Notes under the pieces: generated by a model | Seen by the model: the letters and a program-made list of their open reading frames with translations, nothing else | What the model was told of the DNA's origin: nothing | Databases searched by the model: none | Program-made: the position numbers and the translations under genes | From: an uncultured Calditrichaceae bacterium | GTDB lineage: Bacteria; Calditrichota; Calditrichia; RBG-13-44-9 | Reading direction: 5' to 3' | NCBI GenBank assembly: GCA_964452045.1 | Contig: CAYVKM010000005.1 | Coordinates: 2,945 to 66,944 of the forward strand | DNA: 64,000 nucleotides | Shown: positions 1-9,638 of the stretch, piece after piece | How positions within the stretch are numbered: the first letter of the stretch is position 1 | Layout: each line of letters starts with the position of its first letter

Positions 1-3000
1 TTGAAACTCTAGAACCCTATCCGGATCTGCAGCCATTTTTGTTTTATGTGGTGATCGATGCTGAAGATGAGCGTTTCGTATCGACAGAGCTGAAAACAGG
101 TCTTTTCGGTGTTACAAAGGAAACCATCAGGAAAACATCGCGGGTAGTGATTGCCTACAGCCAGGGTGCAAAAATGGGCATCGGTGGGCATATTCTGGCC
201 CAAAAGGTTAATAAACTGGTATCCTATCTCAGAGGGATTCAGGGACTGGAGTATTTGGCCCAGGACAAAATCAAATCGCTAGTACAAAAGATAGAAAAAA
301 TTGAAAAGAATAGTGCCCATCCACTCCTGGAAATTGCTACAGGTGCTTACGACCATTTGCTTCAGGCTCAGGAAAAACAGGAAATTTTTCCGAAATTGAA
401 AGTCTGGCTGTGGCGGATTCAGCAAAAGTCCTATGAATTAAAAGAAGCCGGAGAAATCGATCCCATAGAGTTTGAAGGGTTGCTGCGCCTTTGCGAAGAA
501 GTGATCGGTTATTCCTATACCAGTATCATTTCGCCCTTTCCATTTCATAACTGCTATTCCATTGAAGATGTGAAAGCGTTTATTGACATCATTCGCATGA
601 TCAATCCCAAAGCGGTTATATGTATTAAAATCTCTCCCTCGGTGGATATTGAGTTTATTGCCGCCGGACTGGCCCGCATCGCAAAGGATAATACTGAGGA
701 GATCTTAAAGCAAAAGATCAATCAAGTTGAAGAAAATGTGGTTGAATTATCCGGGATGCTTTCTGAATATGCCCAGAAGTATGGGATGAAAGTGGAAGTC
801 TGGCTGGATGGGCCACGGGGAGGAACTGGTGCATCACCCAACATTATTAAAGGACAAATGGGGATGCACATCGAATATGCCATTCCGCTTATACACGACC
901 GGCTTGTCCGGGATGGGCTGCGTAATTACGTCAAGTTTTTTGTGAGTGGTGGTATCCGAACTTACGAGGATGTGATAAAGGCAGTGGCACTAGGTGCAGA
1001 CGGTGTCATCTGGGGTACAGCGCCCCTGGTGGCTATCGGGTGCGACCGTAACCGCAACTGTCATGATGGCTGCTCCCGCGGTATTGCCACCAGTAACCTG
1101 ATAATGCAGAATCTACGGGATGTGGACCTGAATTCCCAGCAGATGATCAATGTTTTTCTGATGATGCAGATGCAGGTAATTCGAGCGCTGGCGGCGCTGG
1201 GAGTGAGAGATATTCGAGAGTTGAGAGGCCGCTTCGATAAGATTCAATGGTTGGGCCTGAAGGAAAGGGTTGATTTCCGCATCAGGCAACACCGGGAATT
1301 TTTACAGCAGCGACGGCAAAAATCGCCCGAGCCGCTTCATGCCACCGGTCAGTCCAATTGTGGAGTGGCGGCTGTGATCGGGACCGACCCGGTACCCAGT
1401 TATATTTTAGATAAAACACTTAAGTCCATGAAAAACCGGGGCATGGATGGGGTAGGCATTGCCAAAACGCTTTGCTTCTCGGAACATCCGCATCATTACG
1501 CTTATCGCATCATGGTAAAGGGCAGGTTGCAACTGGAATTAGAGGAAGAGCTGCAACAATTGCATGCTTATTTCCGGGATGAAGCGGAAATGAGACATGC
1601 GGCCAGGGAAGCGGTTCTGCAATATCGCTCAAAATTAGCTGAAAAAATCCGTACTGTATTTTTGGATCCTTACTTTGATTTTGTCGGAGGTACCCGGATT
1701 GACAAGGTCCGGGAAAGCTATAAAACAGATGAAGATGAACGGGAAAGGGATTACCGGGATTTTGGCAATGCCAATACTGATCCGGGAGATATTTTCAGGT
1801 TCTTTGTCCGGGTAAAACCCGCAGTGCTTAATGAGTTTATAGAAAAGGAAATATTAGCTTCAGCACGATTCGCATACATCCGGGAATATTACCCGGAGGT
1901 TACTTCTGCCAATTATAAAACAAATGAAGGTTTCCTGAGAAAAGCGGAAGATCTCTATGTCTTTAACCACTCGGTAATGCTTACCCAGGTACTTTATGTC
2001 TATAGCGTGGAACCTAAATCCTGGGAAGAATATCTGAAGCAAACCGCTGATGATAAAGAAAATTTAACACTCCTCAGCATTGATAATCCCATGTCCGATA
2101 AAAACATTGAAGGTGCTGGTGAACTTTATTTAAAGGCTTTGAGGGATTTTGTCCGGCAACATCCCTATACCCTGAACAAGAATAAATATTTGCCGCGAGT
2201 TAAAAAGATTGCTGCGGTCATTTCCTGTGGAAAGAACTTTGGTGTCTGGAAAACGGCCGGCAGGGAAATTCCCTGGGTAACGCCTCCTTCAGCAAATAAC
2301 ATCATCCATGTGCGGCTGGCAACCGGTTCGGTGGTGGAACAGATGAATGCGCATCCCTTTGGTAAACTTCATACCGCGCTTACCCACAATGGAGAGACCA
2401 CCAATTACGAGACTTTGAAACAGCGGGTGGAACAATTCGGACTCCCACCGCTTGCAACGACTGATACCGAAGTCGCTTCGCTGAAATTTCATCTGGTGGC
2501 CGAGGAGCTGGAATACCCTGACTGGGCATTGTTCGAAAGTTTCTCTCCGACCACCGGTGACGATTTGGCACTTTTGCCGCCGGAAATCCGGCATCATCTG
2601 GAAGAAGTACAGCGGGTGGAATTTACCAGCTCACCGGATGGGCCTTACCAGTATCTCTGTTTAAGACATCTGCCGGAAAAGAATATTACCGAGCGGGTCG
2701 ATTTAAAAGATCCGGCCGATTTGCGGCCCAGCACCACGGCTATCTGGTCGGATAATTCGAATGGCAGGAAAAAATCTTTCAGCATCATTGCCTCGGAAGA
2801 ACAGGCAATTCAGCAAATGGTAAATTTGCTGGACAAAGAGGGATTAATTGATGGAGCATCTCCGGATGAAGTCCTGGTCAGTGCCGGTATGATCAGCCGG
2901 CTCCGATATGATGATGATGGTAAAATTGCCGATCTGGAATTAATTGACCGTTATGGTCAGAAAATGAATCAGAAGGATTACGGACTACATTACAGTATTA

Positions 3001-4250
3001 CCCGAACTCCCTTTACAACACCCGAAAATGCTAAAACGTTAAAACAGCGAATTGAGAATTGGGTTTCTTCTAACGATGACAAGGCTCAGACGGAACTGGT
3101 AAATTTTGTCCGTAATAGTCTGAGCGACTGGAGTTTTGATACCTATCGCTGGTTCTTGACCGAATTGTCAGATGCTGCTTTGAAAAACCATGGCCTGTTG
3201 TCTGACAGAACCATTGGAATATTAACCTATTTTATCGATTATCTGCGCACCCTGGACACCGGCAGTAAGGCCAAGAGTTCGATGGTAGATATTACCAGAT
3301 TTATCCTTTACCAGTTGCTTGACCGTTTATCGGAATTGCCGAATGGTAAGTGGCATGGGATCGATGTTGATCATTCGGAATTACCAGCCGGGAAATTCGA
3401 CGATTCAAAAATTTTACTGGTGGATGCCACCGGTTTTGAACCGGAGGGAATTGATCCTACCCGCTCGCTTTCTGCATTGCTGGGCGAAGCCTACGACAAA
3501 GGGTGGAGACGTTTCGTTCTATATCGGGTGAATGGGCAGCGGCTGATCTCCACCGCCGTGATGGGCAAATCCAACACCGATGATGTTGAAATGGATGTTT
3601 ATGGCACACCGGGTGAGTACTTTGGCGCTTTTATGCAGGGTGGTATCATTCGGTTGCATGGGAATGCCCAGAATTTTGCTGCCATGGGGATGCATCATGG
3701 TCACCTCTATATATTTGGCAATGCGGGTAAAGTATGCGGGTATGCTTCCAAAGGCGGGGAGGTCTTCATTCTGGGAGATATTGTCGACCGGGCCTGGACA
3801 AATTCTGTGAACGATCCGCGCTGCCAGGATCTGAAAATTCATATTCTGGGAAGTGCCAGTAAATATGCCGGAGAATCCCTGATGGGTGGAGATTTCTTCT
3901 TCGCTGGTTTAAAATTCGATAGTACTGGAAAACTCACCGTTCAGGACCGGCCTTACCGCGGAACGAAATTGCTGGGTGGTGCTTCCCGGGGGAATATGTT
4001 GTTTTTTGATCCCTATAGCCGTTTAGACATGCAGCAATATACCCATGGAAAAGTAAAGGAAATTTTAGCAGAAGAATGGCCCTACTGGCAGGAAATGGTG
4101 GAGAGCACATTGACGCTAGCCGGCATTGAGATTATAAATGAGAATGGTTCAAAGCATTTCCTCGCTGATGATAAGAAATTTCAGATTGCCCCGGAGAATT
4201 TTAAGTTAATAGTACCCAGAGGTGGTTTAAAAGGATACGAATCTCACTAA
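1..4250 (+). CDS. Glutamate synthase-like multidomain protein (FMN domain, internal class-II glutamine amidotransferase, C-terminal GXGXG domain), 5-prime partial
   Basis: The frame is open from nt 3 to the listed TTG at 39, so the gene probably starts upstream of the window. FMN-domain motifs: QGAKMGIGGH, GGTGASP, SGGIRTYEDV..GADGV, Cys-rich GCDRNRNCHDGCSRGIATSN. Internal GATase-2 signature: SN-CGVAAVIG (Cys codon 1359-1361) and HVRLATGS..NAHPF..HNGETTNYETL..TDTEV. GXGXG repeats: GAFMQGGIIRLHGNAQNFAAMGMHHGHLYIFGNAGKVCGYASKGGEVFILGD. Confidence 0.8.
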   Translation, partial: ETLEPYPDLQPFLFYVVIDAEDERFVSTELKTGLFGVTKETIRKTSRVVIAYSQGAKMGIGGHILAQKVNKLVSYLRGIQGLEYLAQDKIKSLVQKIEKIEKNSAHPLLEIATGAYDHLLQAQEKQEIFPKLKVWLWRIQQKSYELKEAGEIDPIEFEGLLRLCEEVIGYSYTSIISPFPFHNCYSIEDVKAFIDIIRMINPKAVICIKISPSVDIEFIAAGLARIAKDNTEEILKQKINQVEENVVELSGMLSEYAQKYGMKVEVWLDGPRGGTGASPNIIKGQMGMHIEYAIPLIHDRLVRDGLRNYVKFFVSGGIRTYEDVIKAVALGADGVIWGTAPLVAIGCDRNRNCHDGCSRGIATSNLIMQNLRDVDLNSQQMINVFLMMQMQVIRALAALGVRDIRELRGRFDKIQWLGLKERVDFRIRQHREFLQQRRQKSPEPLHATGQSNCGVAAVIGTDPVPSYILDKTLKSMKNRGMDGVGIAKTLCFSEHPHHYAYRIMVKGRLQLELEEELQQLHAYFRDEAEMRHAAREAVLQYRSKLAEKIRTVFLDPYFDFVGGTRIDKVRESYKTDEDERERDYRDFGNANTDPGDIFRFFVRVKPAVLNEFIEKEILASARFAYIREYYPEVTSANYKTNEGFLRKAEDLYVFNHSVMLTQVLYVYSVEPKSWEEYLKQTADDKENLTLLSIDNPMSDKNIEGAGELYLKALRDFVRQHPYTLNKNKYLPRVKKIAAVISCGKNFGVWKTAGREIPWVTPPSANNIIHVRLATGSVVEQMNAHPFGKLHTALTHNGETTNYETLKQRVEQFGLPPLATTDTEVASLKFHLVAEELEYPDWALFESFSPTTGDDLALLPPEIRHHLEEVQRVEFTSSPDGPYQYLCLRHLPEKNITERVDLKDPADLRPSTTAIWSDNSNGRKKSFSIIASEEQAIQQMVNLLDKEGLIDGASPDEVLVSAGMISRLRYDDDGKIADLELIDRYGQKMNQKDYGLHYSITRTPFTTPENAKTLKQRIENWVSSNDDKAQTELVNFVRNSLSDWSFDTYRWFLTELSDAALKNHGLLSDRTIGILTYFIDYLRTLDTGSKAKSSMVDITRFILYQLLDRLSELPNGKWHGIDVDHSELPAGKFDDSKILLVDATGFEPEGIDPTRSLSALLGEAYDKGWRRFVLYRVNGQRLISTAVMGKSNTDDVEMDVYGTPGEYFGAFMQGGIIRLHGNAQNFAAMGMHHGHLYIFGNAGKVCGYASKGGEVFILGDIVDRAWTNSVNDPRCQDLKIHILGSASKYAGESLMGGDFFFAGLKFDSTGKLTVQDRPYRGTKLLGGASRGNMLFFDPYSRLDMQQYTHGKVKEILAEEWPYWQEMVESTLTLAGIEIINENGSKHFLADDKKFQIAPENFKLIVPRGGLKGYESH

Positions 4251-4433
4251 ACCTGCAAAGAATGTATTTTGGTGGTTAACAGTATTTTTCTTTCAACTAT
4301 TGAGAATCTTTTATTAAATTAAGACGAATCCAAAAAGAGTAAGCTCCGGCCAAATTATTGATATTGTTTCATTGAAAAGAAATTATAAAAATCCTTCCAG
4401 CAGTCTGTCCGCAAAATAGAGAATAATGTTATT

Positions 4434-5753
4434 ATGGGTAAAAAACTTTTTGTTCTGGATACCAACGTAATTTTACATGACTATAACTGTATCCACAGTT
4501 TTCAGGATAATGATATTGCTATCCCAATCAGCGTATTGGAGGAGATAGACAATTTCAAGCGCGGTCAGGATCAGATTCATTATAATGCCCGGGAATTCAT
4601 CCGGATATTGGATAGTCTTTCCGGGGATAAACTGGTAAAAAATGGCGTCTCACTCGGGCAGGGCAAGGGCAAAATAAAGATCATTACCAATCATCAGCAT
4701 GAAGCAGAAGTGGGGAAAATTTTTACGGAAGATAAAATAGACAATCGCATTTTAAGTGTTGCCTATTATCTAACCAACAATTTGAAGAAGATAATTGTTG
4801 TCCTTGTATCCAAAGATGTTAACCTTAGACTGAAGGCAAAATCACTTGGTTTGCTGGCACAGGATTATTTCACGGATCGGATTAAAGATATTGAAAAACT
4901 CTATTCCGGTAAGCGAAAAATTGAGAATTTTGATGGTATGTTAATTGATAAACTTTATGAACCGGAAGGATTTCTGGAACCATCCGGTGCCGATCTGAAA
5001 GATCTCTATCCCAATGAGTATTTGATTCTGAAAAATCAGCAAAAATCTGCCCTGGCGGTGTATCATTTCAATGAGCATCTAATTCGTCGGGTAGAGAAGA
5101 AGAGTTCTTATGGAATTACACCGCGAAATGCTGAACAAACTTTTGCTTTTAACGCACTGATAGATCCGAATATTCTGCTGGTAACCCTGTCCGGGAAGGC
5201 GGGCACCGGAAAAACACTTATTGCATTGGCTGCTGCCCTGGAAGTGAGAAAGTCCTATCATCAGATTTATTTGGCTCGCCCGATTATTCCCCTCTCCAAT
5301 AAGGATCTTGGATATTTACCCGGTAATCTTGAGGCAAAGCTGGATCCCTATATGCAGCCACTGTACGATAATTTAAATGTGATCCGAAACCAGTTTCAGG
5401 AGAATGATAAATACTACAAAAGAATTGGTGAATTGCTGGAACAGGAGAAATTATTCATAGCCCCGTTGGCCTATATCCGGGGTCGGAGTCTGGAACGGAT
5501 TTTCTTTATTGTGGATGAAGCCCAAAACCTGACTCCCCACGAAGTAAAAACCATCATCACCCGTGCTGGGGAGGGCACCAAGGTTATTTTTACCGGCGAT
5601 CCCTATCAGATCGATACCCCCTATTTGGATGCCCAGTCCAACGGTCTCACCTACCTCATCGACCGGATGAAAGGTCAGCCCATTTATGCCCACATTACTC
5701 TGGAAAAGGGAGAAAGATCGCTGCTTGCGGACCTGGCAAGTAATTTATTATAG
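4434..5753 (+). CDS. PIN domain / PhoH-like ATPase fusion (PhoH2/YlaK type)
   Basis: N-terminal PIN-like LFVLDTNVILHD. C-terminal PhoH domain with Walker A GKAGTGKT and Walker B-like FFIVDEAQN. GDPYQID motif. Confidence 0.85.
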   Translation: MGKKLFVLDTNVILHDYNCIHSFQDNDIAIPISVLEEIDNFKRGQDQIHYNAREFIRILDSLSGDKLVKNGVSLGQGKGKIKIITNHQHEAEVGKIFTEDKIDNRILSVAYYLTNNLKKIIVVLVSKDVNLRLKAKSLGLLAQDYFTDRIKDIEKLYSGKRKIENFDGMLIDKLYEPEGFLEPSGADLKDLYPNEYLILKNQQKSALAVYHFNEHLIRRVEKKSSYGITPRNAEQTFAFNALIDPNILLVTLSGKAGTGKTLIALAAALEVRKSYHQIYLARPIIPLSNKDLGYLPGNLEAKLDPYMQPLYDNLNVIRNQFQENDKYYKRIGELLEQEKLFIAPLAYIRGRSLERIFFIVDEAQNLTPHEVKTIITRAGEGTKVIFTGDPYQIDTPYLDAQSNGLTYLIDRMKGQPIYAHITLEKGERSLLADLASNLL

Positions 5754-5784
5754 TTGTGTTTTTTGGGAATATTTAAAATATCAA

Positions 5785-5808
5785 GGGGGCTAAGTGCCCC
5801 CTTTTTTA
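5785..5808. terminator. Intrinsic terminator hairpin between convergent genes
   Basis: GGGGGC (5785-5790), loop TAAGT, GCCCCC (5796-5801), followed by TTTTTT. Lies between the + strand PhoH-like gene and the - strand membrane protein gene. Confidence 0.7.
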
Positions 5809-5827
5809 TTTTACGGAAAATTTAAGA

Positions 5828-6223
5828 TCAATATTGTTGGAAATTGTGCAGAAAGCCGGACAGGATACTGCCAAAAACCAGAAATCCGATGATAGCCAGG
5901 GCAAGGACGACGATGATGAGCACACCCTGAATAATAAAGTATAGCCGTAATTTATCCATCATGGTTATCAGCTCTTCCTGATTATTGGAAAAGCGTGCAG
6001 CGGTTATTCTACTGCCTGCCTGAAGCAGCAGTACACCCAGCCATATCGGTAACCAGGCGATTATAATCCCTATCCCAAATGTTGAGATTATTGCAATGGC
6101 ACCCTGGATGATATTAACTATTCCCAGGAATTTTAACCATCCGGTCATATTGTTACTTACACCCTGGATCTGATTAAGTATTCTCACCTCTTTGGGTTGT
6201 TCCTGTACCACCGGCTGTTCCAT
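5828..6223 (-). CDS. Small integral membrane protein (DUF5362-like by recollection)
   Basis: 131 aa with hydrophobic segments (WLKFLGIVNIIQGAIAIISTFGIGIIIAWLPIWLGVLLL; YFIIQGVLIIVVLALAIIGFLVFGSIL). No catalytic motif seen. Confidence 0.45.
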   Translation of the reverse strand: MEQPVVQEQPKEVRILNQIQGVSNNMTGWLKFLGIVNIIQGAIAIISTFGIGIIIAWLPIWLGVLLLQAGSRITAARFSNNQEELITMMDKLRLYFIIQGVLIIVVLALAIIGFLVFGSILSGFLHNFQQY

Positions 6224-6300
6224 AATCCTGTCTCCTTTTTTTAGGACAAAGTTTTTACGGCTATTTTGAATGTGAAAAATATTAAATAACAGATGATAGA

Positions 6301-6768
6301 CTAAAACTCATAAATGAATAACTGGGATATTCTTGAATTCTCTTTTATTTTGATGCCGATTTTCGGCACCCATATTTGCATTCGAAAAGAGTCGTTAACC
6401 TGCGTGATGAATAAAGTTGGGTGTAAGCAACCGCATTTTAACAGGCGAATGTGCGGTTGAATAATAGCTATTTGGTTATCTGATAAGGAAAAACTTTCAT
6501 TGTATTCTATTTCAAAATGGCCTTCATGTAAATCCCACCAGCCATAGGAATCCTCAGAATTATGTTTTACCGGAAGGCAAGGTTCTGTTCCACACCCCTC
6601 AAACTCACTTCCGCCAAAATCGATCTTACCACTGGTTCGCATCCGATAAATTTTATGCACGGTGAGGTCGATGAAGGGATGATTCACCTGTTTTTTCTGG
6701 GAAATAATACCGGAGATTTGATCAATAAAATTATCAGGTGAGAATATCCTGGACAAAATGAATGTCAC
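6301..6768 (-). CDS. Divergent dUTPase / dCTP-deaminase-fold protein
   Basis: The pattern IDLTVHKIY..G.IDF...W.L..G.F.IEYNE...L..N..AIIQP...LL..G.......RISQLFIYE resembles the Dcd/Dut beta-barrel layout. The usual RSS and DPGW-type catalytic motifs are not evident. Confidence 0.4.
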   Translation of the reverse strand: MTFILSRIFSPDNFIDQISGIISQKKQVNHPFIDLTVHKIYRMRTSGKIDFGGSEFEGCGTEPCLPVKHNSEDSYGWWDLHEGHFEIEYNESFSLSDNQIAIIQPHIRLLKCGCLHPTLFITQVNDSFRMQIWVPKIGIKIKENSRISQLFIYEF

Positions 6769-6848
6769 CCTTTTAGTCGTCTGTTGAGGAATATAAAAAA
6801 ATGTTTGGAAAATTGTAATGAAAATATTTCAAAATATCTGATAGAGAT

Positions 6849-7889
6849 CTATTGATAATATTTTTTTCGAAATCCGGTAAATTCAGATTTTCCCAGGATC
6901 ACCCGGTAAAAATATGCAACCAGGAAGCCCAAACCATAACCGATGATCTGAATGGGCATAATGAGCGGGACCAACAAAAGAAGCTTCCAGTTTTTATATT
7001 GAATTGAGGCATGTAGTGCCGAAAGTGCCAATGTAATGATCCCGGCCAGGAAGAGCCAGCGGGTGACCAGCCAGATTTGCCCGGATATCAGGCTGATAAT
7101 GATTATAAGGAATAAAAACAGAGTCGCCATGGCAGGAGCGGCATGAAGCGGCTCCAGCATATTCGCATCAATTTTAAACAGGTTAATCCTGGCCACTCCC
7201 CAGTTAAATACCTGACGGAAAAATTTTCTGATGCTGGTTCGTCGTTTATGATAGACTACCGCATCGTCGATGTAAATTACCTTTGCCCCGCTTTTGATAA
7301 TCCGGTTGCTGTATTCAATATCCTGCCCGTGGCGTAATGATCCAAAATCCCCGATCTTCTGATACAAATTCCGGGATAGACCCATATTAAAGCTTCTGGG
7401 ATAAAATTTGGCTAGTTTTTTACCCTTTCTGCCGCGTAATCCACCTGTAGTGATAAATGAGGTCATCGAATAGTTGATCGCTTTCAGCAGGGGTGGGAAA
7501 TCGTCCCGGTAACTGTCCCGGCCACCAAATGCCTCAGCCTGGTCACTGACTATACTTCGGTCAATATTTTTTAGCCAATCCGGGTGTACTGTACAGTCAC
7601 TGTCGATAAAGATAAAGAAGTTACCCTTAGCTTTTTCCATCCCCATGTTTCTGGCTGCCCCGGGCCCCTGATTTTTTTGGTGAAAAAAATGAAGTTGAAA
7701 TGGTATCTTCTTTCGGAAATCCTGAACGATTTCTCTGGTCTTATCCGTGGACCCGTCATCGGCGATGATAAGTTCTGCCCGATCCGGATCAAATTTCAGG
7801 TTTTGAAATGAGAGTAATAATTCTTCGATTTCATCCTGGCGGTTAAAGGATGGAACGATGATGCTGTATTGTATGTGCTGATTTGCCAT
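6849..7889 (-). CDS. Family 2 glycosyltransferase with C-terminal membrane segments
   Basis: IIVPSFNRQDEI, ADDGSTDKT and the DXD-like FIDSDC. Hydrophobic C-terminal third. Confidence 0.8.
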   Translation of the reverse strand: MANQHIQYSIIVPSFNRQDEIEELLLSFQNLKFDPDRAELIIADDGSTDKTREIVQDFRKKIPFQLHFFHQKNQGPGAARNMGMEKAKGNFFIFIDSDCTVHPDWLKNIDRSIVSDQAEAFGGRDSYRDDFPPLLKAINYSMTSFITTGGLRGRKGKKLAKFYPRSFNMGLSRNLYQKIGDFGSLRHGQDIEYSNRIIKSGAKVIYIDDAVVYHKRRTSIRKFFRQVFNWGVARINLFKIDANMLEPLHAAPAMATLFLFLIIIISLISGQIWLVTRWLFLAGIITLALSALHASIQYKNWKLLLLVPLIMPIQIIGYGLGFLVAYFYRVILGKSEFTGFRKKYYQ

Positions 7890-7933
7890 TTGTTAAGTGG
7901 TTGAGTGCAGTGTGATCCGAGCCGAAATGGAAC

Positions 7934-8863
7934 CTATTCCATTTTTTCTTTTACTGAATATTCAACATGCTCGGCAAATTTAGCGGAGATCATTTCACCC
8001 AGTAACCCAAACATGATAAATTGAAATCCTACAATAATAGTCAGGATACCCAGGAAAAAAAGCGGACGGTTCCGGATGCCATGGCCCATGAACCACAAAA
8101 CACTCAAATAGATTTCTATGAATAATCCGAGTAAAACCCCCAACAATCCCATCATGCCAAATATGTGAAGAGGAGTTGTCTGATACCGGGTGATAAACAG
8201 AACCGTCAGGAGATCGAAAAAACCGTTGAAGAAACGGGACATACCAAATTTGGTTTTTCCAAATTTTCTGGGGTGATGTTGAACAACCTTTTCTCCTACC
8301 CGGAAACCATTCCAGTGGGCCAGAACCGGCAGAAAGCGATGTAATTCGCCATACACTTTCAAATCCTTAATCACTTCGTTCCGGTAAATTTTTAATCCGC
8401 AGTTAAAATCGTGGATTTTGATGCCTGTCAATCTTGATGTCACGAAGTTGAAAAACCGGGACGGAATAGTTTTCGAAATCGGGTCATGCCGCTTTTTCTT
8501 CCAGCCTGATATCAAATCGAGCTTGCCGGTATTCATCATTTCCAGGAATTGCGGGATCTCCGCCGGATCGTCTTGCAGATCCGCATCCATGGTGATAACA
8601 TATTTACCGGTGGCAATTTTAAATGCCTCGGATAATGCGGCGCTCTTACCATAATTTTTCCGGAAACTGATAACCTTGATATTCGGGTGTTCCTTTTTGA
8701 GCGACCGGAGCACATCCAGCGTTCCGTCATTACTGCCATCGTCCACGAAGATAATATCATAGGTTATGCCCAGCGGATTAATATTGCTCTCAATTTGCGA
8801 CACGAGCTTGGGAAGTGATTCAGCCTCATTATATGCCGGAACAACAATGGAGAGGTCTAACAT
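7934..8863 (-). CDS. Polyprenyl-phosphate glycosyltransferase (GT2, GtrB/ArnC/DPM1-like)
   Basis: SIVVPAYNEAESL, VDDGSNDGT, MDADLQDDP. Two C-terminal TM helices, typical of this subfamily. Confidence 0.8.
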   Translation of the reverse strand: MLDLSIVVPAYNEAESLPKLVSQIESNINPLGITYDIIFVDDGSNDGTLDVLRSLKKEHPNIKVISFRKNYGKSAALSEAFKIATGKYVITMDADLQDDPAEIPQFLEMMNTGKLDLISGWKKKRHDPISKTIPSRFFNFVTSRLTGIKIHDFNCGLKIYRNEVIKDLKVYGELHRFLPVLAHWNGFRVGEKVVQHHPRKFGKTKFGMSRFFNGFFDLLTVLFITRYQTTPLHIFGMMGLLGVLLGLFIEIYLSVLWFMGHGIRNRPLFFLGILTIIVGFQFIMFGLLGEMISAKFAEHVEYSVKEKME

Positions 8864-8867
8864 TAAC

Positions 8868-9638
8868 TTACCTGTTTATGATCAACTGCTTTGTCTTCGG
8901 TCCAATTTCTATATGATACAAATCTTTATTTACTTTTTCATTAATTTTAAAATTTTTATAGAAAATTGCAACCATTTCCTTTTTGTCGGGTACGGTCAGC
9001 CGGATAAATTTGGGAAAAATTATTCCATCGATCGATCGGTATTCCTGCAGTTCTTCTTTTAAAATTATCCGGTTGTTTTGTGAGATTTCCAGACTTTGCA
9101 GAGTTCCTGATTTTCTATCTACCGTTATTCGCCATTTTTTATCCCCGACCAGGGCGGCAAAGATCCCATGTTGCTGATCCACCAGTTTCAAATTGTCGGG
9201 CAAAGGAACGTAACCGAGAAAGGCATTCTTGATTTGCTTCAAAGAGAGATCTGTTTGAAGAAAAGTGTTGTAGTAATCCTCGTCCAGTTCCCCTGAAAAA
9301 AACTGGTTATTAAATTGATTATAAATAATGAATCGATTTTTACCCATGAAGATTTTTCCAAGATCAATCCCGAATGGTCCTTCTGCGGACATAAACAGGG
9401 TATCCGGCGCAACGTAGATAACATTGATATCAAAACTCATTGCTCCCTCCGGAGATTCAACTGAAATTCTGGCTTGTCCATGAAGCGATTTCAGTTTTTC
9501 GAAATTGCCTTTATAGGCAGCGGGCCAGGCCTCAAGCTCCGAGTATTCCAGTTTACCTGGTTTGAGCAAGGTTGGTGGGGTACAACTCAGATAGAAAACT
9601 GCAATGAGAGGGATGACTCCTGATAAGAGTTTTCTCAT
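8868..9638 (-). CDS. LolB-like / DUF4292-like lipoprotein
   Basis: Signal peptide with lipobox-like YLSC. Beta-rich 256-aa protein. 4-nt overlap with the upstream TPR gene, an arrangement I recall for TPR + DUF4292 pairs. Confidence 0.45.
   Translation of the reverse strand: MRKLLSGVIPLIAVFYLSCTPPTLLKPGKLEYSELEAWPAAYKGNFEKLKSLHGQARISVESPEGAMSFDINVIYVAPDTLFMSAEGPFGIDLGKIFMGKNRFIIYNQFNNQFFSGELDEDYYNTFLQTDLSLKQIKNAFLGYVPLPDNLKLVDQQHGIFAALVGDKKWRITVDRKSGTLQSLEISQNNRIILKEELQEYRSIDGIIFPKFIRLTVPDKKEMVAIFYKNFKINEKVNKDLYHIEIGPKTKQLIINR

Noticed and set aside
2566-2580. TGGCAC followed by TTTTGCCGC, a sigma-54-like -24 element
   Set aside because: It lies deep inside the glutamate-synthase-like CDS, and the spacing to any TTGC-like -12 element is wrong.
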